The notes beneath the pieces are model-generated. The model searched no databases and had not been told where the DNA came from. It was given only the letters and a program-made list of their open reading frames with translations. The position numbers were made by a program, and so were the translations under genes. From contig NIVC01002088.1 of NCBI GenBank assembly GCA_002269645.1, positions 141,631-205,630 on the forward strand: 64,000 nt of DNA, in the 5' to 3' direction. Shown piece by piece: positions 13,177-26,900 of the stretch. Every line of letters begins with the position of its first letter. Position 1 is the stretch's first letter. The stretch is from Macrostomum lignano. Lineage: Eukaryota.

Positions 13177-13769
13177 AGCTAACACAACACTCAGCTCCGC
13201 CAAAAAGCTTTCTTTTGATTTTTTTAAGTTTTTGCACGCGTCCTCGCGACAGATGGAAATTTGTGCCGCATTTAAACGATCGCGCTTTACACTTGTATCC
13301 AATGCAGCTAAGTTTAACAAAAATGATCACTTAGATATTTTCATGTTTTACTTTACTAAAACTGAAACTTTTATCAATAACTATTAATCAGCTATTATCT
13401 AATGTTCAATGAACATTAATTTCCTACGAAACAATCCAAATACGGCTCGTACGTAATTTCGAATGAAAACAATTGGTCCTCTGGGATACTATATTTTATT
13501 TCATTAAAAATTAATATCTCAAAACATGAAAAAGCCGAATATTTTTTAATTTAATTTAATTTAATTAAAAGCTCGATCAGTACTTACAGTAGTGCTAACA
13601 TGTAGTGAAAAAATGAACGCACATGTACATCTTTACATGTCGAATAGAAACTTGCGAATTTATAATGAGGACGGACTCAAGGACCACTAGGAATACTTCG
13701 TTATAGAGTCAAGTAGCGCAAACACCTTGTCTAAGTAGTCCTTGGACGGACTTCAGCGGGAGTACGACG

Positions 13770-14951
13770 TTTGCTTGCGGGAAGTTTGCTTGCCGAACTT
13801 TGCTTGCCGAGCTTTGCTTGCGGAATTTTGCTAGCCGAACTTTGCTTGCCGAACTTTGCTTGCCGAGCTTTGCTTGCGGAATTTTGCTAGCCGAACTTTG
13901 CTTGCCGAGCTTTGCTTGCCGAAATTTGCTTGCCGAACTTTGCTTACCGAAATTTGCTTGCCGAACTTTGCTTGCCGAGCTTTGCTTGCCGAAATTTGCT
14001 TGCCGAGCTTTGCTTGCCGAAATTTGCTTGCCGAACTTTGCTTGCCGAGCTTTGCTTGCGGAATTTTGCTAGCCGAACTTTGCCTGCCGAACTTTGCTTG
14101 CCGAGCTTTGCTTGCGGAATTTTGCTAGCCGAACTTTGCTTGCCGAACTTTGCTTGCCGAACTTTGCTTGCGGAATTTTGCTAGCCGAACTTTGCTTGCC
14201 GAACTTTGCTTGCCGAACTTTGCTTGCCGAACTTTGCTTGCGGAATTTTGCTAGCCGAACTTTGCTTGCCGAACTTTGCTTGCCGAACTTTGCTTGCCGA
14301 ACTTTGCTTGCGGAATTTCGATGTCTGCTTCCTAGAAATTCGCAATCACAATTGCAAGGTTTTAACTTGCCGAATTAGAATATTTTCTTGTCTGCTTGCT
14401 TGTTTTTGATTGCTTGTGAAGTTGGTCCGTCAATTATTACTTACTACAGATGCTTTGCAAGTGGATTCTTATCAGCGTCGATGTAAACTGACTTGACACT
14501 GAGCTTTCAAACTTGGCTTATAGAGTTTCATTCTAAGAATTTAGGGGTCGCAATATAAAGCTGTCGTAGCGTAAGTTCGATCGTACGTCGGAACTTTTAC
14601 ACTACGGAGATGGGAGCTGAGAACGATCTTATCTTACGATGTTCTGCATTAGGGCTTTTCAAATCCGCCATATTCTCATACAAAATCATAACACTATAGG
14701 CGACTTCCACGAATCTTAGAAAACAAAAATTAGAAATACAAGAGCTCAATAATAGGTTCTCTAAGGTTCCGCAAGAAAACTGTGGCTGGCAAATCTCGGC
14801 AAGCAAATTTCCTGCAAGCAAACTTCGGCAAGCAAAATTCTGCAAGCAAACTTCGGCAAGCAAAGTTCGGCAAGCAGACTTCGGCAAGCAAATTTCCGCA
14901 AGCAAAAGTCCCGCAAGCAAACTTCGGCAAGCAAACTTCTCGCAAGCAAAT
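13770..14951. repeat. Two arrays of a 14-bp unit (TTTGCTTGCCGAAC) in inverted orientation, 13770-14318 and 14788-14951; foldback-like
   Basis: The left array reads TTTGCTTGC.., the right array reads ..GCAAGCAAA. The outermost units match: TTTGCTTGCG(G/A)GAAGTTTGCTTGCCGAA. Confidence 0.85.
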
Positions 14952-16058
14952 TTCATAGACCCACTTCAGCACTAATGCGAGGGCATGAGCTACTGTAACT
15001 ACTGCCATTAGAAATAGCATTTTCTCTTTCTCATTTTCTCCTCTCCTTACCCCTTTCTACTCTCCTCCCGTTACATTGTCTCCACTGGCCTATTGTACTC
15101 TCTTTTAATGCTTTTTTCTTTTCTTCCATATATTGGGCTTCTATACCAGATACTTTTTATCGATTTTTATCGATTGATGTCAAGCTACATGTGCTATTAG
15201 GCGCGGCCATCTGGGCATGCGGTTCGGTCTGGGACAATGACGTGACTGGCCCTTAATTTTCTCATTTTGTGACTGGCCATCAATCACAAGAGATTTAGGT
15301 CTATTGTTCGGATTTTTCTAGTTTTTGAGTTTTTTACGATATCGTGACAGTTATAGCTGATCTTTACATATAGAAGTATTGTTTTAATTCTGATGTTTTC
15401 GCGGATTATACATTTGCACTCATCTCTCCATTCCTGATTTAATGCATGTATATTTTCATGTTGATTTTGGACTTGGCATTGCTGAAACTCAATTCATTTT
15501 GTATCGAAATTGGGTGATTATGGTCACACCTGTCAATTTTTAAAGTACCTAGGGGCCTGATAAAATATTTTGGCTTTTTGGGTCTGGGTAACAACAAGCT
15601 CAGCCAATCAGAAAATTTGGCTTACATTTTAACGAAATAGGCTTAGCCAATCAGAATCGAGTTCAGAGCTCCTTCTAGTCAGAAACCCGATTTCGAGAGA
15701 TTTGGTGAGCGAGTTCGCACGTGTTGGTGGCGACGAATTAGCTGAACCTCCGGATTAGCTTATTTCTACCTTTTCAATTGAATTCCTTCTCAATGTTTTC
15801 TACTTTACCATCTGACAGGTGTATGAGGCCAGAGTTACTAAGTGATTGATTTCTATGCTTTTAGCAGGCATCTGATCAAGCGCTTAAGACCCACCACCAT
15901 ATTAAAACAGAACTTTTTGTGATATCTATTTTTTAATTCAAACGGATCCCTGAGTGCACTGAAAATGAGAAGAAACACTTTTTCTTTGTACAAGTAGTTA
16001 CTGAAGTAACTTAAGAATTTTTGACAATTTCTATTGTCTCTAATCTTTCGTAGCTAAG

Positions 16059-16230
16059 TGTTGTGTTGCTACTCAATGTGTGTGTGTAGTTGTGTGTACG
16101 TTCGTTGTACATCTGTTAGCTATCGATCGCATTACAATATATGATATATAAGTGAGAGCGCGTTGAGTTTGAGAGCTTGAGAGTTTCGCCTACAAACTTG
16201 CAGACTGGCTGGCTTATTCATTATACAACA
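16059..16230 (+). repeat. 5' LTR
   Basis: TGTTGTGTTG..TATACAACA, matching 20571-20742. Confidence 0.97.
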
Positions 16231-16231
16231 T

Positions 16232-16244
16232 TGGCGTCGCAAGC
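16232..16244 (+). promoter_or_regulatory. Primer-binding site (TGGCGTCGC..), tRNA-Ser-like by inference
   Basis: TGG start one base after the 5' LTR. Confidence 0.7.
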
Positions 16245-16367
16245 TAAAGCCAACAACCACCCCAATTAGCCGGGGTTGGAGTCAGTCTGAGTGAAGTGTC
16301 TGCAAAACACACGCCAAGCCAACACAAGTTGCTACAACAGCACCAAACTGCAAAAGTGCAAACTAAA

Positions 16368-19300
16368 ATGGCAAGCGACAATTCCTCAACAGAAGCGCCG
16401 CGGATCAGCGTATCGCCGCCAGATCAATTCCTGCCGCAGCCAGGCCGACCGACGAGGCCGTGGAAAGAGTGGAAATCTCTGTTTGACAATTACCTGCTGG
16501 CGGCCGGTTATGACACTCTGCCGGAGGCGAGGAGGCGTGCGCTGCTGCTGCACTGCCTGGGCGCTGAAGGCCAGCGAGTCTTCACGGCTGTGGCGGCAAC
16601 GAGGACTCCGGCTCCGACAGGATTCGCTGCGACAATCGCGATTCTGGACGAGCAGTTCGGGGTCAAAGTCAACGTGGTGGCCGAGCGCCACAAGTTTCGG
16701 CAGCGCAGTCAGCGTCCCGGTGAAAAGATTGCGGACTTTGTGGCGGCCCTGTATGCTCTAGCTGGCTCATGTGAGTTCCACGACATGATGGAAGAAATGA
16801 TTCGGGACCAGATCGTGGAGAAGGTCAGCGACAGGCGAATTCGAGAGCGCCTGCTGATTGAGGACGGTCTGACCCTGCAGAAGGCCGTGACTCTGAGCCA
16901 GCAGTGGGAGACCAGCATCGCCGAGGCCGGCGTGATCGAGATGGGAGGCGCAGCTGCTTCCGGAGCCCAGCTGGGAGAAGAGGTGAAGAGAGTCCGACTG
17001 CAAGCCGACAGGAAAGATGGAGGTCAGAGGCGATCAGCGGATCGCGAGCGCTGCTCGAAGTGCGGAGGCGGACACACCAGCCGAACTCGCTGTCCAGCTG
17101 AAGGCAAGATGTGCCATGTCTGCGGTCGGGCGAACCATTTCGGCCGGGTTTGCCGGTCGCAGGGAGCCAAGGTCGCCGAGGTCGTGGACGATAGCGACCA
17201 CGCCGTGTACACAGTTCGCGGTGCCGCCAGCGCCGACATCCGCTGCCGGCTGAAGGTGCAAGGCACCTGGCTGAATCTGCTCGTGGACTCTGGAGCCAAG
17301 GTGTCCATCCTGTCGGAAAAGACCTTCAGAAAGCTCGGAAACCGGGTGCCACTGCAGCCGTCGACCAAGAAGCTAATCGCGTACAACGGCGAGGCGATCA
17401 GTGTAGTGGGCGAGGCAGTGCTTTCCGTCAACTACCGAGACCAGCAGGTGCCGTTTTTCTGCTTCACTGTGGTGCAACAAGGCTCCGATATCATGGGCGC
17501 GGACTTGATGCAGCACCTCAACTTCCAGGTGGTGGACAGGGACGGCGACCTGGTGCGCACAGTCGATAAAACAGCAGAGCTGCCGACCTGGCTTCCCGAG
17601 CGCTTCAAGCCTCTGGCGCAGGGGCTCGGGCGGATCCGAGGATTCGAGCACCGGCCCAGGCTGAACCCGGCCGTGCCTCCGGTAGCGCAGCCGCTCCGCC
17701 GTATTCCACTCAGCATTAAGGACAAGGTCCAGGCGGAGATCGACCAGCTGTTGGCAGACGACATCGTCGAGGAGATCCAAGCTTCCGAGTGGATTTCGAA
17801 CCTGGTGATCGTCCCGAAGCCCGAAGGTAAAATCAGAATCTGCAACGACCTCAGGTGTCCAAACAAGGCTATAGTGCCGGATAAGCAGCCGCTGCCAACT
17901 TTCGAGGAGCTGACGACGGAGTTCAAGGGCTCGACCGTGTTCACTAAGCTCGATTTGAACTCGTCGTACCTGCAGCTGGAACTGGCGGAAGACCGGCGGG
18001 ACCTAACGGCCTTCATCACGGAGAAAGGCCTTTACCGGTACAAGCGCGTCTGCTACGGCCTTAACAGCGCTCCAGCAGCCTTTCAGAAGGTGCTTAGTAA
18101 GATTATCCACGGCTGTTTGGGGACGCTGCACTACATTGATGATATCGTTGTGCATGCTGCCAACGAGACGGAGCACCGGCGGCGGCTCACGGCAGTGCTG
18201 GACCGGCTGCTCGCCCATGGCGTAACGCTTAACACCGCCAAGTGCCAGTGGGCTGCAGAGTCCGTGCAGTTTCTGGGCTACATCGTCTCGGCGAGAGGCC
18301 TTCAGCCGATGCAGTCCAATGTGGAAGCCATCGAAGCGGTGCCGGAGCCTCAGAACACCGAGGCGGTGGCCTCATTTCTCGGAATGGTAAAGTTTTACTC
18401 GAACTTCCTACACAACCTATCCGACATCGCCGAGCCGCTGCTGCAGCTACTTCGCAAGGACCAGCCTTGGAACTGGACAGCGGACTGCCAGAAGGCCTTT
18501 TGGAGGCTTAAGAAAATGGTAGTGTCTCCAACGTGCCTGCGATTCTTCTGTCCCGACGACAAGATAATCGTGGCCTGCGACAGCTCTGCGCACGCTCTGG
18601 GTGCCGTGTTGATGCAAGAAGACAGCGCTGGCGTTCTCAAGCCAGTTGCTTTCGCGTCGAGGACTCTGTCGGCGACCGAGCGCAAGTACTCCGCGTCAGA
18701 AAGAGAGGCGCTGGCATGTATCTTCGCCTGCGAGCGTTGGCACTACTTCCTGTTCGGCCGGAGATTCGAACTGCACACCGATCACCAGGCTCTGACGACG
18801 CTGCTGACGGCTCAAGGCAGCGGCCACCGACCTTTGCGGCTGCACCGATGGGCCGACCGCCTGCTCGCGTACGACTTCCAAGTGTGCCACGTTCCCGGCA
18901 AGAAGAACATCGTGCCCGACTTTTTGTCACGCCATGGCGCTTTCGGAGAAGATTGCGCTGAAGATCCGACCGAGCACCAGGTGAATGCCGTATTGTTATC
19001 GGGCGCGTTGGAGGTTGTCAGCGCAAGCGAGTTGGCCGAGGCATCCCTGCAGGACCCGGTAATAAGCGAAGTGATAGCTCTGACGCTCCAGGGGTGGCCG
19101 AGCTCCATCAAGCATCTGCGGTCGGAGTTGCAGCCGTTCTGGAGGATCCGAATGCAGCTGACGGCCTGGAATGACGGCAAGTGCCGGCACTCGAGCGGTG
19201 ATCCCCGCATCCCTGAGGGAGAAGACGCTGCAGCTGGCACACTTCGGACACCTCGGCGTGAGCAGAATGAAGCAGCACTGTCGGGACGCCGTCTGGTGGC

Positions 19301-20349
19301 CGCAAATCGACCAGCACATTGAGGAGTTCGTGCGGCACTGTGAGGCCTGTCTGCTAAGCGAGAAGAATTTCAAGCCATCCAAGACGGTTCTGACCCCGAC
19401 AAAGTGGCCGACGCGTCCATGGGAGGAGCTTCAGCTAGACATCTTTGGGGAGCTGCACTCGGCTCCGAACTCCTGCCGCTTCATCCTGGTGCTGTACGAC
19501 TTGCACTCAAAGTGGCCGGAGGCTGCCTGCATGTCAACCATCACAAGCGCTGATGTCATCGACGCCTTGACAACGTGGTTTAGTCGTTGGGGGCTGCCGA
19601 AGAGTATCAACACAGATGGAGGGCCTCAGTTCGTGTCCGGTGATTTCGAGGATTTTCTCCGGCGCTGTGGCATCCAGCATCGGCAGTCGCCGCACTACCA
19701 CCCTCAGGGCAACGCGGCGGTGGAGCGTTTCAACCGGTTTCTCAAGGACGGCCTCAAGACGCACTTGGAGGAGGGCTATGACTTTAAGGACGCGGTGAAG
19801 GCACTGCTGTGGTCGTACAGAGCCACCCCGCATGCACTGACTGGAGTTTCGCCGGCGGAGCTGATGACAGGCCGGAAGATCAGCACTCCCCTGACAGCCC
19901 TACAGCCAAGGACGGCAGCGCGGCACAGACTGGCGGCCGGCATCAAGCGGAAACAGCAGCGAGTTTTCAACCAGCTCAACTCGACCAGGAGACCCCCGCC
20001 GACTTTCATGGTCGGCGACTGGGTGCAGGTGAAGCGGCCGTTCGCCCGGGGCAAGCTAAGCAGCCGCCTGTCCGAGCCTCGTGAGATCTCCCGGATCGCG
20101 AGCGCCACCACCGTCATCCTCAATGATGGCTCCCGCTGGCACGTCGACAATTGTGTTCGAGTGCCGCGGCCCGCCGGAGCGCTGCCACACTGGCCCGCGA
20201 CGGCTTCCAGCGCGGCGGCGATTCCGGCGGAGGCGGCGGCGGAGGCGGCAGAGCCAGCGCGGCCGCAGCAGACAGCCCAGACTGCGGTTCGAGGGAGCAC
20301 GAGGACGCGAGCGCCTCCACAGTGGTACGGGGAAATTGTGACGCATTAA
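16368..20349 (+). CDS. gag-pol: Gag-protease-RT-RNase H-integrase polyprotein with one frameshift near 19185
   Basis: Two Cys/His knuckles (CSKCGGGH..C; CHVCGRANHFGRVC), protease LVDSGA, RT YIDD, RNase H (ACDSS..LGAVL; TDHQAL), integrase HHCC zinc motif and D-D-E (QLDIF; TDGGPQF; AVERFNR). Confidence 0.95.
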
Positions 20350-20555
20350 CTGATTTATTAGTGACTGCTAACTGACTTTCTCACGAACGATGTGCATTTG
20401 AAGCCAAATTAGTTGTTCTCAGACTAATATTGCGATTTAATGCTCAGTGAAATACTCAGTGTGATGATCTACTTTTATTCCTTCGATGCTCAGTCATGCG
20501 CTTTTATTCCTTGTTCAATATTTCGACGAATTCGGTTTTCGCGATTCCACTAATC

Positions 20556-20570
20556 GGAAGGGAAGGTGAA
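20556..20570 (+). promoter_or_regulatory. Polypurine tract
   Basis: GGAAGGGAAGGTGAA immediately before the 3' LTR. Confidence 0.8.
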
Positions 20571-20742
20571 TGTTGTGTTGCTACTCAATGTGTGTGTGTA
20601 GTTGTGTGTACGTTCGTTGTACATCTGTTAGCTATCGATCGCATTACAATATATGATATATAAGTGAGAGCGCGTTGAGTTTGAGAGCTTGAGAGTTTCG
20701 CCTACAAACTTGCAGACTGGCTGGCTTATTCATTATACAACA
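20571..20742 (+). repeat. 3' LTR
   Basis: Matches 16059-16230 and is followed by the CTAAG TSD. Confidence 0.97.
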
Positions 20743-21029
20743 CTAAGAACCACATATCGAAAGAAACTGAAAATGCACAGTCAGCTCAACTGAGACAGGG
20801 TTAGCTTTTATTCTTTACACGAAACAATCAAACGCACCAGCAACGCGCGTACATGGCAACGAAAAATCAAAACGAAACAAAACTAAATTCTATAATTTAC
20901 TTGGCAATTTTATTTTGTACCAATGCAAGGTTGCGATTTTTTAGCATTCTCGGAGGCTTTTTGGAAAACAGTAACTTCCCTAGACAGTCCATAAATACGA
21001 ACATTAAATTTTAAAACTCGATAAATGAC

Positions 21030-23905
21030 TCAGAATTTGAAGATTTTGTTGCCACCTCTACGCGAGATCCGTCCACGAGCTGACAGCTGAAGACCGAGAG
21101 TTTGTGGGCGCCGTTGAGGCTGCTGCTGCTGTGTCAGTCCTCCAAGGTTCGTACAAAACCTGTCGGGAAGCATTGAGAACTCAAACTAGCAATAAATTTG
21201 CAAAGCATTGCCCGCTAAAAGAACACTAAACTAACTTCGCCAAAGATTTCAGAACGCTTGATTTCATTGGCTGACGCGATTCACATGTGAATCAGCGTGT
21301 ACAGGTTTCTTTTCACAAAACATTTACTCGTATTGAATAGAAACCATTGCTAAACCTATTCGAAGTTATCGTTAGAGTAACTTCGAAAAAAATCGGTAAG
21401 CGAACTACGTGTGAAGTTGGATCAAAGTACTTGCAATCACCGCAAACTTCTACCTTTAAATGTCCCTGTCCACCTTAGGCGACGTCCCTCGCAATCACTA
21501 AGTTCTATAATTTGATCTCAGCGCACATACCTAATCTGCTCGCAGTAGAGAGCAAGTCCAGACATACCTAGTCGGCTGCTGTAGCTGCTGCTGCTGCTTT
21601 TGTTGCCGGGCGCCGCCAGGCAGCAGGTCAGTCGTTAGGCTGGCGCAGAGGCCAGAGACCAGATCCCCGGGCTCCGGGTCCATCGGCAGCCGTGAAGCCT
21701 CTAGCCAGGCCAGAATCGACGAGTCGGCGTCAGTCATGGAGTCGAGAGCCGCAGCGCCAGACTCGCTTGGCAGCACAAGCTCGGCAGGCACTGCAGGCCG
21801 CAGTAGCAGACAGCCGCCTGGACTGTCGACAGTCAAGTAAAACAGCGGTCTAATCTGCGGGGCCTTAGGCGACGGCGGCTCCAGCCGGACCAGCAAAGCG
21901 AGCCGGTCAGTCAGCAGGCGCTGCAATAGCCTGTCAAAGTGAGCCACATTGCTGGAAAGCTGGTCCCAGTCGAGGCGCCAGCAGGCGGTGGGCCGCAGCC
22001 TGACTGGCGCACCCATGGTACATAGCAGTGGACAGATGCCAATTTTGGGCAGGCGCCACACAGCACGCAGCTGGCAGACGCTGGCCGATTCAGGTGGACG
22101 CTGACGAGCAGGCAGCGCCCGGCAGACCGGTTGCAGGCTGAACAAGTCCGGAGCACTCGACTGTGTCAGAGCCTGCGCAAAGGGAAACTGGCTCACTGTA
22201 GCCCTAATTGAGTGAGTGTATCTTCAATAAAACTTTATATTCTTTTTCATTTTTAGCCTAACCTTTGAACTTTTCCCAGAATCCAATTTTTTACCGTTTA
22301 GAAGTGCTCACTCTTTAAGATGAGAATCTGAATGAGAATGAGAATGAGAATGAGAATCTTTAGAAATTAAGTGAAGAATGGTCTAAATGTACGAGTCTTT
22401 ATATTCACGCGTATATTTGAGTCTACATGCAGAGCAGCTTGTGAAACCCACCACAGAGTTGAATGTGCAGCGCATTCGTACATGTAATTTCGCCATGGCG
22501 TAATAAGTTTAAAATCTTACAATCCTTCCTGACCTGTGGATTAACGATGGCCTCCTGTGCATCCAACAGAAGCTGCAGTCCACAGGGGAGCAGCAGCTTG
22601 ACAGCAACAGTTTCTGTCCCGGAGTCGATCAGCCAGGCGGATGAAGCCAGGCCGAGCTGCTCGTAGCCGACCTGCAGTCGCCGCACGAGCACGCCGGGGC
22701 AGCTGTCGGCCGCGGCATCCGCTGCTGTGGACTGCAGCCTCTCAGCGGCCGGATCCGGCGCCAGCAGAACGCGAAATCTGCGAAGCCTGCAAATACCGGA
22801 CGCAAGAACGGCTGCGCTGGCCTGCTGAGCAGCCTGCGACACGCGACTAATCAGAGTCAGCTCGCACGGGAGCTGCTGCAGGCGGGCTGGAAGGCGAGCC
22901 TGCGGCGGGTGTTTGTTTTAACCGAAGTTTGAAATTAGTCCTAATTTTTTTAGAACATAACTAAGAGTAGGGGAGGCAGAGTAATACAGTAACTAACGCG
23001 TCTGGCTCTATCGTCAAAGCACCTGCTGGGTTCAGTTCCGTGCACGACGGCACTCATTTGGGGCTTCGTACACGACAATTGACTTCGGGCTTGACGTTCG
23101 ATTCTCGCTAATGAAGGCCAAGCCCCAAGGCTTACAGAATGTGTACATGCCTGACAATGAAAAAAGTCAGAGCCGCTGAACATCTTGCATGACTATGTAT
23201 GCCTGCGTACGTATGCGTTTGGTTGTTCAGGGGTCTGCGGCAGCGCCCGAAGGCCCGATCATGGCAAGATCTTTAAATTGAAATGCAATATTTAAAAGCC
23301 ACTCTGCTGTCTCACTTTGTTTATCGTGCTTTTATTATTAAAGCTAAAAATACGCTCCGGAATCAGTGAATTTTTTGCATATTTTTGCATCGCTAAATAA
23401 ACACTCGAGTCTAATCTAAAAAACTACCAGTGCGAAACCATCTTGTACACACACTATCTATAAGATATTCGCCTCACTTTTATTTTCTAGTAGACATCTA
23501 TTCTGACAGGCATAAAGGACTCACCTGCTGAGCCGCGGCCATTTGCAGCGCTTCGGCCACTGGACTGCCGCCTGCCGGCCTTTGGCTTGACACGTCCTGG
23601 TCATACAGCACCGCGATATCGTTCAGCAGGTTGGCTAGAGCGGCCAGCTGCGAAGCCGACGGGGCCGATGGGAGGGCAAGGCGGGCACCCAACTGACCGA
23701 TTACTATGATGCACAGAGCCGGCACTGGGCACCGGGGACCCGGCATGCGGAGCGCCAGAGCAAGCGTGTGCAGCGCGGAACGCAGCAACCGTTGCAATAA
23801 CAGAGGGCTCATGCGCTCGCGCGTGTCTAGCAGCAGAAATTGAACCGGCTGCGACGGGAGCAGGGGACGCAGGCCCGCAGAGCTAACAGTGCGCGGCGGT
23901 TGGAA
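21030..23905 (-). CDS. M1AP: Meiosis 1 arrest protein homolog. Exons approx. 23525-23905, 22521-22899, 21568-22195, 21030-21159; the 5' end is uncertain
   Basis: LRRFRVL, AWLIDSGTE, LDAQEAIVNP, G.C..L..G.P..LRPTACWRLDWDQLSSN..HF, FY...PAELVLP all match human M1AP motifs as I recall them (RPTSCWQLDWDELETNQQHF). Splice phases are consistent. Confidence 0.85.
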
Positions 23906-26900
23906 CTGCAGAGAAATAAGGCAGCGTAAGCGTAAGTAAGGTTTAAGTGAACAATGATAAAGAGTTAAGTGGTGGAGTACTGTGTTTGGAATAGCAGGCT
24001 TTTATTTATAATGAGGCTTTTCTTTGTATAGTCTCATACAGTGTAATTAATAGCTTAAACAATAGTAACCATGGTGGTTATTTTTACTTCATTTGCAAAG
24101 TCAAGATTGTTTAGAAAAACTAATGGACAAAAAAGCTGGTAGTTTGAGTACAACTAATGATAAGGAAGCAGAATTGTTTCAAATAAATTTTACCGTAGAT
24201 ATACCTGCTATTTTAACCCTGTTGCTCTTTATAGAATGCTATATATAGATATACGAGTATTACACTATTTTTTCAAGCATAGCCCATTTGCAGACTTATG
24301 GCCTATACTTTAACATTTTTAATTCATTAATTGATTCTTTCTAAATATGCAAGGACAGATTGGATTTAAAAAATTGTAGAAAACTGATTTTTGAATAATT
24401 CTATTCATCCTATGTAAATTATTAATAAGTAAATAGAAAAGCAAAATTCATACTAGACCTGCGCTATTATGCATTTAATAAAAAGCATAGTTAGCATGTT
24501 CTTCTTGCCAATTTTTCCCAACTATAATCTAGCTATGTTTCATTTTGGAAAAGACTAGTTCAACTGATTTTTAAAGCTTCCTAAAATCTATGCTAAAACT
24601 AAGCTAAAACTAAGGATAAATACTAATCATTTATAATTCGGCCTTTAAAGTTTAATTTAGACGCATTTACTCAAATAAGTAATAAAAAGTTAAACTTCAG
24701 CTGAATACAAATTCAGTAGTTTGTTGCATTTATAATGCCCATTTTATGCTTATTTGACAAATTTCAAGGTTTTGGGTGAATTTGGATGAAAAAGCACCTC
24801 TGTTACTTTTTAAACTATATAATATAATACAAATTGATTATATCAATCATAGCACAGTCACAACTTTACAACCCTAAATTTCCAAAGTGAAAATGGGAAG
24901 TGTGACTTATATAGATAGAAATTCAATTACAAGTGGTACTGTTTATTTAAATTAAGGTTACTAAGTAAATTTAAACTAAACAAAATATGTTTCAGAAAGA
25001 GAGAAACCTAATTCAGTCCTGTGTAAAAAATCTGGCTTATAATTCAAGTTATCAGGATAAAAATTGCAACAATTTTTAAGCAATCCCAAAAGTAATTCTT
25101 ATCTCTAAATGAATTTTTGAATGATAAGAAGCACCTGAGGCTTAAACTAATTTTAAGTTTATTTAAGCTACACCAATTACATTTGTATGAAAGTCATTAT
25201 TTCTATAGGGTAGCTATTTGCTCAATACAGTAAAGTATTAGTCAATACATGTAAGTAAGTACATGTACATCACAGAAACACTGATAGAGGATTATTTAAC
25301 AAAAATTTGTCCCCATGTGGCACCCAGCTACTGATTTGTCTTCATAAAAATTATATAAATTATTTTGAATACGTATATTTCAAATAAAGAAACTTTTCAC
25401 GGACTTGATGAAGTCCGCGTCGATCGATCGCGAAATAAGGTGACATTTTTCGAATATGCGTATCGCGTTTTGTTGAGAAATCAAACAAACCAATTAAAAT
25501 AGTGTTATAATAAATACTAAAAACTAAAACTGCATACAGTAAAATATAAAATTACCAATTAAATTATTCTTATTCGCGGATACAATATATTTTGAGACAA
25601 GTTGATCATTATTTTCACGACTTGTCGGTTTTGTATTGTAATTGTGTATTGGTGTTATCATTATCATATTGGTGTATTGTAATTGTGATTTGGTCTACTG
25701 AGAAATCCATCTCATTCCAATCTAAAACACTTCATTAGTTGGCTCGTTTTAGAACAAATAACTTTCGTAAGGGATATGCTGTGTGCGCTAGAAATACACA
25801 TTTGCGGTAGAACGATATAGTCTGCAACAGATACTTACAGAAAATTCTGTAAGTATTCATACGTGTACATGCTACTTGCCGAACAAACTGTAGTTATACT
25901 ACACTACAGTGATCCTTGTGCATAACTTAATAGTTTTTTTCAGAAAGCCGATGGATTCAAGTGTCATTATTGAAGCGATTTATTATTGAAGAGACTGTTG
26001 GATATACTAGCTTCTGCTCCTATGTACCTGTACACGGTGTAAAGCATTATTGTAACGTTGCCGTAGTAAACGTAAGTCGTACATCACACCAGTTGCACTG
26101 AAAAAAACAACTGTCTAATGTCCTCGCAAGAGTTGTGCTTGTACTTCTATATATGTTGTACTAGACTAGATATAGCTCGTAGTTGATCGGTACGCTCGTA
26201 GCCGTAACAATTCAGACGGTAATGAACGTGGCAAATAAAAAATACATAAGACAACATAAGACAACACTTGCATGAAAAAGTTCTGATGTATGAATAAATT
26301 CATTAAAAAAATTATATTTTAAGCTTCCGAAATTTCTATGTTCAACTGAAACAATACTAGGTTCGCATCAATGTATTTTTTCAGAAAAAAAGAAAATCTT
26401 ATTCATTGTGGTTTTATTGCAATGAATCCCGGATAGCGTAACGCCAAAAAATACCATCTAAGTACAGATGACTTTTCAGGACTAAAACAAAGATTTCTAG
26501 AATTAGAGTGCGAAGAAAATCCAGAATAAAAAGTGGTGTGAAAATATTGCATAAACTGCTTTACTACAAACAGTATTAATTATTGCTATTAATTAGCTGA
26601 CACGGTGTGCTCAGAATAATCGCCGCAGTTCCTGTAGTGAGGATATACAGTAGCAAAAGTGCCATATAAGCGCAAGTGTATAACAGAAGGTAACAAATTT
26701 TACTAACTACACAGATCGAAGCGAAATAACAAAATAATCATTACAAAATGGATGAATTTGAATAGATTCAAGTTGACTGGCTGGTTTTAACACCACCACG
26801 CGCAAGAAATGTGTCGAGTGCCCGAGGCGGGAGAGCCAAACATGAAGATTTACAGTGTATAGGTATATAGGAGCGGCTCTACACAACAATTACAATGATA

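Larger units (their letters stand above)
16059..20742 (+). mobile_element. Full-length Ty3/Gypsy LTR retrotransposon (Mag-like clade by gag organisation)
   Basis: Two 172-bp TG..CA LTRs that appear identical by eye, 5-bp TSD CTAAG on both sides, PBS, PPT and gag-pol. Confidence 0.97.

Noticed and set aside
13800-15020. ORFs of 67-119 aa with LLAELCLP repeats
   Set aside because: Artefacts of a stop-free 14-bp repeat. The same applies to the ORFs over the 53-, 27- and CT-rich repeats (34418-35536, 37295-37569, 12369-12716).
19165-19200. Programmed ribosomal frameshift before integrase
   Set aside because: No slippery heptamer is evident and a couple of residues appear to be missing, so a small deletion or error is more likely.
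16291-20375. Numerous alternative-frame and antisense ORFs over the Gypsy element
   Set aside because: Expected shadows of GC-rich coding DNA; no recognisable motifs.
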